Source of the DNA: Novakomyces olei
Lineage: Eukaryota
NCBI GenBank assembly: GCA_016906335.1
Contig: JADEYG010000001.1
Coordinates: 434,001-498,000, forward strand
Reading direction: 5' to 3'
Length of the DNA stretch: 64,000 nt
Both the position numbers and the translations under genes were made by a program. The notes below the pieces were generated by a model, which was given only the letters and a program-made list of their open reading frames with translations, did not search any database and was not told where the DNA came from. Of the stretch, positions 12,709 through 25,606 are shown piece after piece (the first letter of the stretch is position 1; every line of letters starts with the position of its first letter).

Positions 12709-13909
12709 ATGGTACTCGAAACGCCTTCAAACAAACCCGTTTTCGATCTTTTCAAGCTCAATGGCAAGACTGCCATTGTGACAGGTAATGATAAAGTACA
12801 ATTGATGAATAAGTTTTCGAAATTGAAGGCAAAGCAGACAAAACCGAAAACAACAGCAAAAAAGAAAACAAAAAAAAAAGAAAAGAAAATAACGAAAATA
12901 TACCATATACAACAATCGACTAACAGTTGAAAGGCGGTGCGGGTGGCATTGGTACAGAAATAGTACGCGCGCTCGGTGAAGCAGGTGCGAATGTAAGAAT
13001 CAAATAAGATTGTGATTTTGCTAATTGTTAGATTGCCCTATTTTACAATACGTCACCAGTTGCAGAGCAAAAAGCAGCGGAATTGGCGAAAGAATTGGGT
13101 GTACGAATTGCAGCATATCAATGTGTGGTCACCGATGAGAAACGAGTAAATGAAGCGGTCGAGCGCGTGGTCAAGGACTTTGGAGGAGTCGATGTTATGG
13201 TGGCCAATGCCGGCGTCACTGACTGGGTGAACGCGCTAGACGTAAAACCGGATGCGTTTCGACGCGTAATACAGGTGAACGTGGACGGTGCTTTCTTTTG
13301 TGCACAGGCAGCAGCAAGGCATTTTAAGGCAGTTGGCAAGACTGGCAGTATTATCTTTACTGCCTCTGTTTCTGCTTCTATTGTCAATATTCCTCAACCT
13401 CAGGCTGCGGTAAGAATTGTTAGATTTATTTAAGACTGTTCGTTGTCACGTTTACTAATTCCAGTACAATGCGTCTAAAGCGGCGGTAGTTCAAATGGCA
13501 AAATGTCTCGCTGTAGAATGGATCGATTTTGCCCGTGTTAACTGTGTTTCGCCGGGATATATAAAGACTGATATGATTGGTGAATCGCCTGCCGAATGGA
13601 TGGATAAATGGAAAAGTATTATCCCAGGTGGGCGGTTTTCCGAGCCCTACGAGCTCAAGGGGGTAAGCAGTTAATACGAATCTTGTGCACTTTCTTGTTT
13701 CCATTTTCTTTCATTGTTACTTTAAATTTGAGTCATATAATTTTTGCTTCACGTCATTGGGTTCTTGGAATTTAGTTTTTGTTGTCTGTTTTCTGCTATT
13801 TCTTTGAGGTGTGCTCTAACATCAGATTTATGTTTTCCTCGCCAGTACTGCGTCTAGCTATATGACAGGCGCGGATCTTATTGTGGACGGCGGGCTTTCG
13901 CTGCCTTAG
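12709..13909 (+). CDS. Short-chain dehydrogenase, sorbose/L-xylulose reductase (Sou1-like), 5 exons
   Basis: LFKLNGKTAIVTG|GAGGIG; VANAG; NIPQPQAA|YNASKAAV; RVNCVSPGYI; YMTGADLIVDGG. Confidence 0.88.
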
Positions 13910-14045
13910 ATTGGGCGGTTTTTATCTATACGAATAATTAGACACAAATAATCATTAGATGGTCATTATACATGAATGGATAATTTGCAATTTTCTCTTG
14001 GCCCAATGCCAATGTCAAATAGCTCTAATATTGGCGAAAATTAGT

Positions 14046-14166
14046 CATTGTAACACCATCCATGTATTCGATCGAAAGGGGGCCGCGACTAGACATGAGT
14101 AGAATTCTGTTGCTAACGTACAAGGCATTTACTAGGCTTTCTAAATACCACAGGTTACTCTAACAA
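14046..14166 (-). ncRNA. Candidate box H/ACA snoRNA
   Basis: Hairpin GGTATTTA/TAAATGCC with internal loop, ACAGAA (ANANNA) H box at 14105-14110, second stem CATGT/ACATG, ACA at 14049-14051; TTAGGG sites upstream. Confidence 0.35.
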
Positions 14167-14462
14167 AATACATCAGGCTTAGGATTAGGGTTAGGTTATT
14201 CCGGCCCTTCTGACATTGTGTCTTTGACCGCCGAATTTAATTACGGTTCACGCAAAGCGACGTCGACGTAACCCTAATCAACCCTGACTATAGCCCTGAG
14301 ATTGTCGCTACTTCTCCAATATTTTAAATATATCGACTAATTTCCAATACATTTTAGAAGAGGCAAACTGGCGTCCTATCGTTGTTTACTTTATAAATAA
14401 TAAATAAACATTAAACAAGTCGCCAAATAAAGCCCGGCACTTGCCAAAGATCCCCGGAAAAG

Positions 14463-16905
14463 ATGGAGGCCGACACGGCCACAAAAGATTTGGCAGAGGC
14501 CCTACTCTCACTATCCTTTTCGCCTCATACTCCAAAATCTGAAAAAGACGAGCAAATTGATATTCGCCCTAAACACTTGCCAGTTACAGCTCTTTTTCAA
14601 GACGCGTGTGCGAAGCACCGGTTCCAGCGTATTTGCAGCGCGCGCGAGCTCGCTACTATAGTAGAGCGGCCGGAAAGATTGCGTGCTGCTTACTTGGGTA
14701 TGCGCTTCAAGCTACATTTACTGGACTTGTTATTTAGCGTTTGCGCTTCTCTTATTTAATCCCGTTTCACGAGTATTTATTTTTTCTTTTAAATGTGCAT
14801 AGCGTGCCTGCTCCGTCGCTGGCGCGTCAACTATATTTTATTATATTTTATCGTATTTCATTGTATTTTATTATGCGGCCGTCTGAACCAATCTCAAAAA
14901 TACCGCCAAATTGATCATAAACTAGAGGCAAAACTAACAAATTCAAGGTGTTGTTGGTGCGCAGGAAAGGCTTCTGCAACAGTACGGCCAAACCTTTTCC
15001 AAAGTTACGACACAGCGTAAAGGCTCCCTTCGTGACGTGTACGTTGAGCGGGTGCATGGCGCAGAAGCAATAGCGAACCTGCAAGGTCTTTGTACAAAAA
15101 GTGGAGAAAAACTGGGCAAAAATCAACTCGAAGTCCCGGATGATTACCATCCGGGCGACCTGTATCTCTGCCCTGCTTCGCTTGAAGCCTTTGAAGGGTG
15201 TCTGGGGGCTTTGTACGAAGGAGTCGATACAGTATTTAAAGGCGCACCGCAGATTACGCATGTTGTAATTCGGCCACCAGGTCACCATTGTGCAACTTCA
15301 ATGCCCAGCGGATTTTGCTGGATAAACAACGTTCATATCGCTATCCAGTATGCCCGTGAGCACTATGGAATCGAAAAGGCAGCAATCTTGGACTTTGATT
15401 TGCATCATGGGGATGGAAGCCAGGAAATTGCTTGGCGATTAAACGAGAAAGACGCATATACAATCGGGTATTTCTCCCTGCACGATATCAACTCGTACCC
15501 GTGTGAGTATGGCCAGGAGGACAAAGTTAAAGAGGCCAGTTTGTGCCTTTCTGCCCATGGCCAGGCAGTGTGGAACGTGCATTTGCAGCCGTATCAAACA
15601 GAAACAGAATTCGCTGCCATATACGAAAAGCAGTACTCTGTCCTTTTTGATAAGGCGAAACAATATTTTTCGCAGGGAGAAAAGCCTAGTGAACCGGACA
15701 AGTGTCTAGTTATCTTAAGTGCAGGATTTGATGCCTGTGAGCACGAAAGCGCGGGCATGCAGAGACATAGGGTTAATGTACCCGTGTCGTTTTACTACCG
15801 ATTTTCTCGTGATGCAGTGCAATTGGCAAGCACGTTTTCAAACGGACACGTGCTTTCTGTCATGGAAGGCGGCTATTCCGATCGCGCAATAATGTCGGGC
15901 ACTTTTGCCCACATGACTGGATTATCCGTGGGTGTAGGGGAAAGACCTAGCCCGGCAAATATTGAGGAGGCGAATGTAAGAGAAGGAGCGGCACAGGAAA
16001 CAAACCAGATTAATGGGCAAGAATCTGTTGAGCAAGAGCGGCCGACTATCAAAATTGAGCAATTGGATGGAAAAGAAGGCGATTTTAAGGGGAGCAGGGA
16101 GCAAAAGAAAGAGGAAAGAATCAAAAGCGAAGGGTACATCTTTCCAAACACAGGCACAGTTGAGACTGTGCTAATTTCAAATACAATTAAGGATAATTCA
16201 TCAAATATATCTCACAGCAGTTGGTGGCAGACTCCACACTTGGCTGCCCTTGAGCGAGCTGGCTCCGGGAAAAAGGTACAGACTAAACCGACAAAAGCAC
16301 AGCCTGTGCTTTTAAGCAGCAATGACGATGTAAACTGGCTAAATGCTGTTCACACAAGGCTAAATGCTGAATCACAGTTAAGAGACGCGACTCCGCCTGC
16401 AACTGAACGAAGGTCCCTACGTGATAGACGCGCTCTGATAAGTGAGAGTAGAGCTGTTGCTAGTGAGAGCAAAGCCGGGACGCGTTCTACAGCTCGTCAT
16501 GTATTAATACAAAGGGAAGAAGAGGCAATTCAACGCAGACCAGTCGAGAGCCCGGTCGAGAGTCCATTGGCAACTCACCAACCAGCAAAGACAGCTGATC
16601 AGAGGAATAATCTTTATATACAGGAGCCTGTTCCCGGGTCCAATTCGCCATTAGTGGAGGTTAAAGGTGGAAAGGCAGATGAAGATTCTCTGTGGAGGGC
16701 AGTTGGGTATACAGAAAGCAATGGGAAAGTGGATGACTTAGGAAAAGTCGAGAGTAGGCGTCAGTCTGAGATCGACGGGAGCAATTCGAGCAAAGAGACT
16801 TCGGAGCTGGCTGATAGTGTCAGTAAAGGAGATTTGGAGCGGTACGATCCACTTTCGCTCGAATCGCTTTTAGCCCGGGCAACGCTAGGCGCAGACGAGC
16901 AGTGA
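14463..16905 (+). CDS. HOS3: Hos3-type histone deacetylase, 2 exons
   Basis: TIVERPERLRA; GDLYLCP; IRPPGHHC..PSGFCWINN; LDFDLHHGDGSQ; SAGFDACEHE; MEGGYSD; intron 14698-14947. Confidence 0.92.
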
Positions 16906-17279
16906 TGATGTTTGGTACTGGCGAATGATTGCTGTAAATAATGTATATGTACATTTCAACCTAACTTATTTTATTTTATGTTTGTTTTGTTTGTTTTTGC
17001 CTCCTATTTCAATATGCGATCCGGGCATGTACAGCTATTTCAGATTTCAGATTTCATATAACGATATCCATGATAATAAAATTGAATTGTAAACTAATGC
17101 CTTATTTATGAAGACGATATCAAACGTGTAGTGCCGGCAATGGTAAATGCAGGTCTTGAAACTTTTGCATGGCCATTAAATGCTCAATACAACTAGCAAA
17201 CATGCATAATAAAAATTGAAAAGAATTATAAGAATAAGAATAGTATAAATAATTGTTCAATTATTTAATTATTTAATCA

Positions 17280-17987
17280 TTACCAAAGATCGCGTAAGAC
17301 AGGATCGTTGATGGAAACAACGAAAACTCCATTTTCCTCCAGCTGCTTTAAAGCGGCAGCTTCTGCCTCGGTAGAAGCGCCTTTAATTGCTTCACTCACA
17401 ACGTAGGTGGGTCGTTTTAACAGCCGTGAGGCATCGAGAGCAGTATTAAATACACAAATCTCAGTGACTAGGCCGCATATAACAACACGCTCAATTTGTA
17501 GTAAATCGTCCAAGATATTAGTCTCTTCTTCCTTGAAGCAGTTCAGAAAAGGCGAGTAAGCTTCGACAGTCGCGTCAGTGCCTTTACGTACTGTGCGTGT
17601 AAGCTTTGCACTCTGCAAGTCCGGGAAAAGATCTGCGCCCGGTGTACCTTGAACACAATGATCGGGCCAAAGTGTTTGCTCTGCGCTTTTATTTGATTTA
17701 CTCTTTATTATGATCCGATCAAAAATGTTATGGCCCGGGTGTGATGAGGCAAACGAGACATGATGCACAGGATGCCAGTCTTGAGTGGCAATTTTAACCG
17801 CAAAATTCCCGTCCAGTAGCCGATTACACGGGGCAATTATGGCCGTTGCGCCAGCTACACCGAAATCGCTGCTCTGAAAGAGGGTTAGGGTTTATATTAT
17901 GACAGGTATTTGACAGGGACGGTGGATTGTTACCTCCAACACAAAGTCATTTTGCACATCCACCACGATGAGTGCGGACCGTCCCAT
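17280..17987 (-). CDS. PNC1: Nicotinamidase (isochorismatase family), 2 exons
   Basis: ALIVVDVQNDF; ATQDWHP; LWPDHCVQGTPGA; EAYSPF; GLVTEICV; intron about 17874-17933. Confidence 0.9.
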
Positions 17988-18507
17988 TTCGTACAGCGCA
18001 GGTCACATGTAAAAGGCGGACTATCACTTTCCGCACTGCGACGAGACGGTGTCTATCGTCTGCGAGTTGCTGAGGATAAATAGGATATGGCGATAGCGTA
18101 TAAAGTTACTGTGAAAGCAGTTGTCTATATGTAACTAGCATCTGTATATTTAGAGACAGTGGTAGGTTAGGATTAGGGTTAGCTTCTTTATCTTTACTGT
18201 AAGTCTAAAAGGGAAAATAGGAGTTTAAACAAAACTCTGACCGTCGAGCTTTTGGTTCGAGCATCTTGCAGTATTTGATTGTATCCAACTGCGAGCGTCG
18301 TCGCTTCAGGCACTAATGTTTTGCATAAAATGTACATTAAAATCAAGGCCATGTATAACCTAAGCGGACAGCAATTACACTGATCTGCCAGCACATGTAC
18401 GTAATGTATATATACTGGATTAGTTGAACAAATACATAGAAAATATATCATAGAACATATATCATAGATAATCAGTCAATCACAAAATACAGAGAAAGCA
18501 ATTTTTT

Positions 18508-20196
18508 ATGCTACGGGCTTTGAGTCGGCAGACAAGGTTTGGAGCACGACCACGGCACGCAGACTGTACTGTATTTTCAATTCACCCAAGAACGATGGCC
18601 ACTAACGGCGGAAATGCAAATGACCAATTGCTGGAAGAAATACGTATAAAAGGCGATGAGATTAAGGCTAAAAAAGCCGCCAATGCAGCAAAACAAGACG
18701 TCGATGTCCTTGTAGCGCAGCTCTTGACTCTCAAAGAAAAAGCAGGCATTGAAAAGAAAAAAGTGCAGCAGTTTACACTCAAAACACCCAAGGGCACAAA
18801 GGACTGGGCGGACAAGGATATCGTGCTGAGGGAACGGATTTTCCGTACAATTGAAAAAGTGTTCAAAAGACACGGCGCTCAGACTCTGGATACCCCGGTC
18901 TTTGAACTGCGAGAGATTCTTTCTGGAAAGTACGGAGAGGACAGTAAACTGATTTACGATCTGCAAGACCAAGGGGGGGAGCTTTGCTCTCTGCGGTACG
19001 ATTTGACTGTGCCTTTTGCCCGCTGGCTGGCTATGAATTCTAACGTGCAACAAATCAAACGGTATCATATCGCCAAGGTGTACCGACGCGATCAGCCGGC
19101 TATGCAAAAAGGCAGAATGCGAGAGTTTTACCAGTGTGATTTTGATATTGCTGGGCAATTTGATCGCATGATGCCCGACGCTGAATGTCTTCGTATTGCA
19201 GTTGAGGTGTTTAAGCAACTCGATTTCCCGAATTTTTCTATCAAACTGAATAACCGTAAAATTCTTGATGGCCTTTTCCAGGTCTGCGGGGTTCCAGAGG
19301 CTAAAACGCGAACAATCTCAAGTGCTATTGATAAACTGGATAAATTACCTTGGGCTGAAGTGCGCTTGGAAATGACGCAAGAAAAAGGGCTGGACGGACA
19401 AGTTGCCGATCGTATCGGAGAGTATGTAAAACTACGGGGCGGCCGTAATTTGATTGAGCAGCTTTTACAGTCAGAGCAACTAAAAAGCAATGCTAGAGCC
19501 CTTGAGGGGCTGCTTGACATGCGACTGCTTTACGATTACTTGGATGCGTTCCAGGTTACGGATTATGTAGTGTTTGATCTTTCGTTGGCCCGCGGCCTGG
19601 ATTATTATACTGGAGTCATTTACGAAGTTATTACAGAAGGATCAGCGCCCAGACACCCGGGGAAAAAGAACGCAGATGGTGAGAAGGACGAAGACAGTAT
19701 CGGTGTAGGATCGATAGCTGCTGGTGGAAGGTATGATGAATTAGTGGGCATGTTTTCACAGTCGAAAAAGGGACCAAACCATTTACCCTGCGTCGGAATT
19801 TCATTTGGAGTCGAACGAATTTTCTCGATTTTAAGAGCTCGGGTCGACGAATCCAAGTTACGACCTTCTGATGTCGATGTTTACGTAATGGCGTTTGGGG
19901 GCGGTAAAGATTTTGATGGGTTTCCGCGGGAACGAATGGCTGTTTGCCGTGAACTGTGGGATGCAGGAATAAGTGCAGAATATCTGTACAAGGCGAAGCC
20001 TAAACCTAAACAGCAATTTGATGCTGCTGATCGCTCAGCCGTACCTGCCGCTGTCATCCTGGGCCAAGATGAATTAGCACAAGGACAAGTTAGAGTGAAA
20101 AGGCTCGGATTGAAAGAGGCTGCCGATGAAGGGAAAGTAGTAGCGCGCAACGAGATGGTTACAGAGATCCGAAGGCTTCTTGCGGATGTGAAGTAG
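18508..20196 (+). CDS. HTS1: Histidyl-tRNA synthetase, probably with mitochondrial (ATG 18508) and cytosolic (ATG 18595) starts
   Basis: [44 protein letters not shown]; Arg-rich 29-aa N-extension. Confidence 0.97.
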   Translation: MLRALSRQTRFGARPRHADCTVFSIHPRTMATNGGNANDQLLEEIRIKGDEIKAKKAANAAKQDVDVLVAQLLTLKEKAGIEKKKVQQFTLKTPKGTKDWADKDIVLRERIFRTIEKVFKRHGAQTLDTPVFELREILSGKYGEDSKLIYDLQDQGGELCSLRYDLTVPFARWLAMNSNVQQIKRYHIAKVYRRDQPAMQKGRMREFYQCDFDIAGQFDRMMPDAECLRIAVEVFKQLDFPNFSIKLNNRKILDGLFQVCGVPEAKTRTISSAIDKLDKLPWAEVRLEMTQEKGLDGQVADRIGEYVKLRGGRNLIEQLLQSEQLKSNARALEGLLDMRLLYDYLDAFQVTDYVVFDLSLARGLDYYTGVIYEVITEGSAPRHPGKKNADGEKDEDSIGVGSIAAGGRYDELVGMFSQSKKGPNHLPCVGISFGVERIFSILRARVDESKLRPSDVDVYVMAFGGGKDFDGFPRERMAVCRELWDAGISAEYLYKAKPKPKQQFDAADRSAVPAAVILGQDELAQGQVRVKRLGLKEAADEGKVVARNEMVTEIRRLLADVK

Positions 20197-20621
20197 ATCT
20201 ATGTATTTTTATTTTTGACTCCTCGATACACAAATTGTCTTGCATTCACAAGCTATAATCTCACAGATCGTTATCGTCCAGAAAACTTAGACAGTAGAAA
20301 TTGCTGTCGTTTGACAGGTTTGTATAATATCAGACCTGTCAGTATGACATTGGCACTAATCAATATTTATCGTTAATAACAATTAAACAATAAAATGGCA
20401 GAGTAACTATGTAATATAATAGAAGATAAGGCGGCGTATACATTATAGAGATAAACCCAAACGCGTTTATAATATAAGGCCTGTTTATTATATAAGGCCT
20501 GTTTATTATGTAAGGCTAGCAAATTGAGAAAAAAGGCGCGTAGAGTCAATGGTAATAGCGCTGTGTATTTAATTAATAAATATACAAAATAAAAAGCAAT
20601 TATCTGTATACGCGATGACTC

Positions 20622-22717
20622 ATGGACGAGACAGCGAGAGTCGAGTGCCCCGTTTGCGGCCGCAGAATTAACATCGAGAGCATAAACAGCCATTTAGATC
20701 GTGACTGTGATAAAGACGCGACACCTTCGTCGCCTAATGTAAGTCCTAAACAGCTTGCGACGTTAACAAACTTTGGCCTTTCAAGCATTAAGACCGTTAC
20801 CGACGAGCGGCGATAAAGCACACTCCAAAAGCTCGCAAACCGGTCTGTCGAGCCAAACCGTCCTCCAGAGCTCTCCATTTAGTGAAGCAAAAGTTAAAGC
20901 GGAGCCTACTTTTCAGGACGACGAATCCAGTGTAAAAGTTGAAGGCACTGAACCCGACGACGCGCACAAATCATCAGCGTCAGTCAAGTCTCAGGGGCTC
21001 AAACGTAAACGCGACGAAAGCCGGCCACTGGCTGATTTTGTTCGCCCAGAATCTTTGGACGATTTTGTAGGACAACAAGATCTTGTAGGGCCTCGCGGAA
21101 TTTTGCGTGGAGTCATTGAACAAGATAGGCTGCCTTCATTTATACTTTGGGGTCCTTCAGGCACGGGGAAAACTACTCTAGCCAGGGTATGGAGTTGATT
21201 TATTATTCATTTTTATACATTTTTATATATTTTTATTATCTTATATTTTTCCTTTTTTTTTGTTTCTTTTTTTTTCTTCCAATATCCTTATTTTTTGGAA
21301 TGGGAATTTCTAATTCTCAGATTCCCTCTCAGTACAAACTGTGTTTACAGTCTTGTCTATGCAAATAATTTGGCCCCTTTTGACGTACGACTACCATGTT
21401 CAAGCGTCAAGCTCTAGTTTGCCTTTCCCATTAAAGCATCTCCACTAATTCTAGATTATCGCAAAAAGAACGAAGAGCCTTTTTCGAGAGGTAAGCGCGA
21501 CGGCCAATGGTATACAGGCATGCAAGAAAGTCTTTGAAGAGGCGCTAGGGGCTCTTCGCTTGACGGGCCAACGTACTATTCTTTTTCTTGATGAGATTCA
21601 TCGGTTTAATAAGGTATCAGCCAGATGAGTGAAATCTAGTGACCAACTAACCATAGGCGCAACAAGATATTTTTCGTATGAGCAATTGGTGTTGTCGCTT
21701 TTCTAACTTTAGTGCCTTTTGTCGAGCGTGGGACAATCACTCTGTAAGGACAAACATGTAGAAAAATACACTTATTTATTTTTTGGACTCAATTTTAACA
21801 ACAGAATTGGAGCGACAACAGAAAACCCGTCTTTTCGTGTCAATAATGCTCTGCTTTCACGGTGTCGGGTCTTTGTGCTTCGCAAGCTGGACAGCCAAGA
21901 AATACTGGAAATCCTTGAACGAGCAGAAGCCAAGTGTCAAATTGCTGTAGCCCATGATGTACTCCACTACCTTGCCGACTTGAGTGACGGAGACTCTCGA
22001 GTGGCACTAAATCTTTTGGAAATTATAGCAAATATGCCAGACTCTGATCGACGACTGTTGGACGTTGAGACATGTCGCGCTTTACTGCAGAGAACGAGTT
22101 TTGCCTACGATAAAGTAGGCGATGCTCATTACGATACGATATCGGCGTTTCACAAATCCGTTCGGGGTAGTGATGCCGATGCCGCGCTCTATTACGTGGG
22201 CCGAATGTTACAAAGTGGAGAGGATCCATTGTATATAGCTCGTCGAATGGTGAGAATAGCGAGTGAAGATGTCGGACTGGCGGATAACAATGCTCTGCCT
22301 TTGGCAGTCAATACGTATACAGCTGTCCAGCAAGTTGGAATGCCAGAGGCAGACTGTATACTAGCTCATTGTGCTTGTTATTTAGCCCAGGCACCAAAAT
22401 CCACGCGAGTATACGCTGCTTATAACAGGGTAAAGGCCTGTTTAGCTCAACGGCCAGGCGCTGCTAGTGCAGAGATCCCACTGCACATACGTAACGCACC
22501 CACTAGGTTAATGAAGGATCTGGGGTACAGTGCAGGGTACAAGTATAACCCTAATTACCGTGAGGGTAAAGTAGCGCAGGAATACCTGCCCGAAATGCTA
22601 CGGGGGGAAAAGTTTTTATACGACCAGGAAGAGGGGACAATGGTGGATAATAGTTTGGAGCCAGAGGCCAATGTTAATGGTAGCGTTACCGACGCCAGTG
22701 ATGGTGAATTATACTAA
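20622..22717 (+). CDS. MGS1: Mgs1/WRNIP1 AAA+ ATPase with N-terminal UBZ finger, multi-exon with microexons
   Basis: [80 protein letters not shown]; junction of exon 1 uncertain. Confidence 0.92.
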
Positions 22718-23100
22718 TAATGAAATAAATATTAGTAAAAATATAAATTAGACATATACGAAATTAAATAATATAAAATGAAATAATCTTTAATAATAAT
22801 AATAATAAACCAGGGTTAGGGTTAAATAGCATTTGATTACATCTCACCCCAGAAACTAATGGCATTAACTGTGGAATGCCAGTTTACAAGGTGTCACTCT
22901 TTGGCGGCAAACTCAAAATTGAAACGTAACTGATTTACCAAGAAATGAGTCTAGCAATTAACATGCACAAAACTATTACAAGCATCAAGCTTAAATATGT
23001 CACATTATATCGATAAAAAAATATAATAATATCAAATGATCAAGATCAAAAGATAAAGATCATGTAGCCGCGTAGGCCAATCCAAACTTCTCCCTCGTTC

Positions 23101-23466
23101 CTATTTGGTGCCAAGCAGCTCTACGTCAAAGATGAGAGGCGAATTGGGAGGAATAAGGCCCGGGAACCCCCGATTGCCATAAGCATAGTCGGCCGAAATA
23201 AACAGCTTGGCCTTTTCGCCGACAGACATGGACGGAATAGCCTCGTCCCATCCACGGATGACTTGGCCGACTCCGATTACACACTCAAAAGGTCGGCCGC
23301 GGTCCACGCTGGAATCGAACTTCTTTCCGTTCTCTAGGGTTCCCGTGTAGTGGATCGATACCCTTTGACCTTTTTGAGGGTACGTTTTCTCGTCGCCGGG
23401 CTGTATAATTAGCTATTGCAGACAAGACTATTTACGTACGGAAACGATCTCCTTTTTGACTGCCAT
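23101..23466 (-). CDS. FPR1: FKBP12 peptidyl-prolyl isomerase, 2 exons
   Basis: [51 protein letters not shown]; intron 23401-23439. Confidence 0.96.
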
Positions 23467-23832
23467 TGTTGTGATTGTAGAGTGACGTCGCCGTGGTAGG
23501 TTTGAGTTGCGAAAGAAGCACGTACGTTATTCTCTACACACACGTATATATATTATTTAATGTATTTAATGTAATATTTACGTATTTATTTATATTTAAT
23601 ATTTAAATTAAATATTCATATATACATATATATATTACTTGGTGTATATTGAAATACTCCCGATAGACAGAAAGCCAGACAGCGCGCAACAGTTAGCGTA
23701 TAAGTCAATAATTTAATATACATAATAAATATAATACTGCAATAAAATACAGAAAAAATGTACCAAAGTCGCCTTTGCCGAAAATCCGACTGCTTTTCTG
23801 TTGGCCTCTATGACGATCGGCACAATCGCCGG

Positions 23833-24967
23833 ATGGAGGCACATAAATGCCACTATGAAAACTGTAATAAATCGTACAAAAAACGGTGCAGGCTAGACGA
23901 ACATTTAAAGTCGCATACAGATCAGCGTGATTTTTGCTGTGAGCTTTGCAGTGCCAAGTTTTTGCGTGAAACGCACTTGAAGGCTCATAAACGCTTCAAG
24001 CACGATGAAACTGGCGCCCACTATACCTGCGAATACTGCGACCTCCATTTCAAAACAAAGCAGCATTTACGCCGACATGAAGAGAGGCACAAGGAACTAA
24101 AGGTATGTGGCTATGATCTATGTACAATTTACCTGTACACTACTGATTGTGCCTTTGCCTTTTGCACTATATGTTTGTTTCATGCATAGAATAAATGCCG
24201 TTTATTTCCGTTGGCTCACTGCTAATCGTATCCAGTGCCCCATATGCCACACAAACGTTTTACGGTCTGAGCTTTATGCTCATACATCTTTACAGCACCC
24301 ACCCCGCTTGAATCGATGCGAAGACTGTGATGCGATATTCCCGACACCCTCAAAATTGCTGCGTCATATCCACTCAGCGCATAGACCGAAAACCCATCGC
24401 TTTGAATGCTGTTATCCCGAGTGTGCGAATGTATCATTTTCAAGTGCAAACGAGTTACACGAGCACGTGCGCAAAATCCATCCTCTAAAATGTCCCGTTT
24501 GTGACCAAGTTTTTTCGAGGTCTCAGTACCTTTGCGAGCATATGCAGATCCATAACACTACGCTTGAGCAACGAAAACAATTTGTCTGCGATTGCGGTAA
24601 GGCGTTCACCAAAGCCTCTGCTCTCAATGTCCATAGAAGGACTTTTCATTTGGGAATGCGTGAGTTTTGCTGCTCTCTGTGCGAGTCCAAGTTTAGTTCA
24701 AACGCGTCGTTGAAGAGGCATGTCTACAATCTACACTTGAAACCGCAGGAAAAAGAGATCCGGCCGGCTGACGCTGAGCACGTGGCTGAAGACGAGGCTT
24801 CAAAGGTGATTGAGATGCTGAGTGGAGCCAGCTATAAACGCGGAAGAAACGTTAAATGCCCAGTTGAAGAGTGCCTTTATTATTTCACTCGCCAACACGA
24901 TCTTGAGCGGCATCTAGCCGCCTTGCATGGTGAACGACTAGTCTGCGGTGCTAAGACAGAAAAATAA
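23833..24967 (+). CDS. PZF1: Multi-C2H2 zinc-finger protein, likely transcription factor IIIA (alternative in-frame ATG 23758)
   Basis: Finger 1 C..ENCNKSYKKRCRLDEHLKSHT; FLRETHLKAH; FKTKQHLRRH; about 10 fingers, the last after IEMLSGASY; intron 24103-24234. Confidence 0.75.
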
Positions 24968-25606
24968 ACGATCATATATGATATAGGGTCGAATATGATT
25001 TTGGGAAAGTTTGGTCTACGCCGGGCTGGTTGGATGTTTAGTTGTATGCAGTGCAATGTTGTCTCAAACAGACACTGTGACAAGCTCCCACTGCTACACA
25101 AAAGCAGATTTTATTTAGATTTTATCGATATTGACAATTACGGAGGATACAGTATTTTGTTTAGAGGAATAGCCGACAATGGTCCAAGAATTGTAGCCAA
25201 AAGCTCGTTTGCTACTACCTTTGTAAGCCGAATAGCACTGGCGATACTTTGGACGAAACAGAAATAAAATAATATTACGGCGGCAAAACTAGATTGTACA
25301 TACAGCCTTGGTAGACAAACATTTCCTCCCAGTCGCTCCTTAGCCGTCCCACCCCAAATCTGATCTCGATATTGCCCTCGCTGGTAAAGACAGGCACACA
25401 TACCATAAACTTGCCCATTTTTCCAGTACCCAGGCAGGTTCTTGCCGTACACTTATTGCCGGCTTTTTGAAATTTATTACATTTAATTATTTTCGTTATT
25501 TTAATTATTTTAATTATTTTTTATTTCAACTTTTCCTTTCCTCTTTTCATTGATAAACCATCGGGTATACTGGCACGGTACATGGCTCCTTTCCAAGCGC
25601 GCTCAA

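Noticed and set aside
17878-17893. TTAGGG-like sequence inside PNC1 as a regulatory site
   Set aside because: Explained as the CTAAC branch point of the PNC1 intron
18508-20196. Alternative CUG decoding
   Set aside because: CTG encodes the conserved Leu in SLRYD of HisRS, consistent with the standard code
20468-20517. 21-bp tandem repeat upstream of MGS1
   Set aside because: Only about 2 copies in AT-rich DNA; no functional evidence
25400-25420. ATGGGCAAGTTTATG|GTATGT on the minus strand resembling the RPL27 start MGKFM
   Set aside because: No downstream RPL27 exon can be found before the TFIIIA gene
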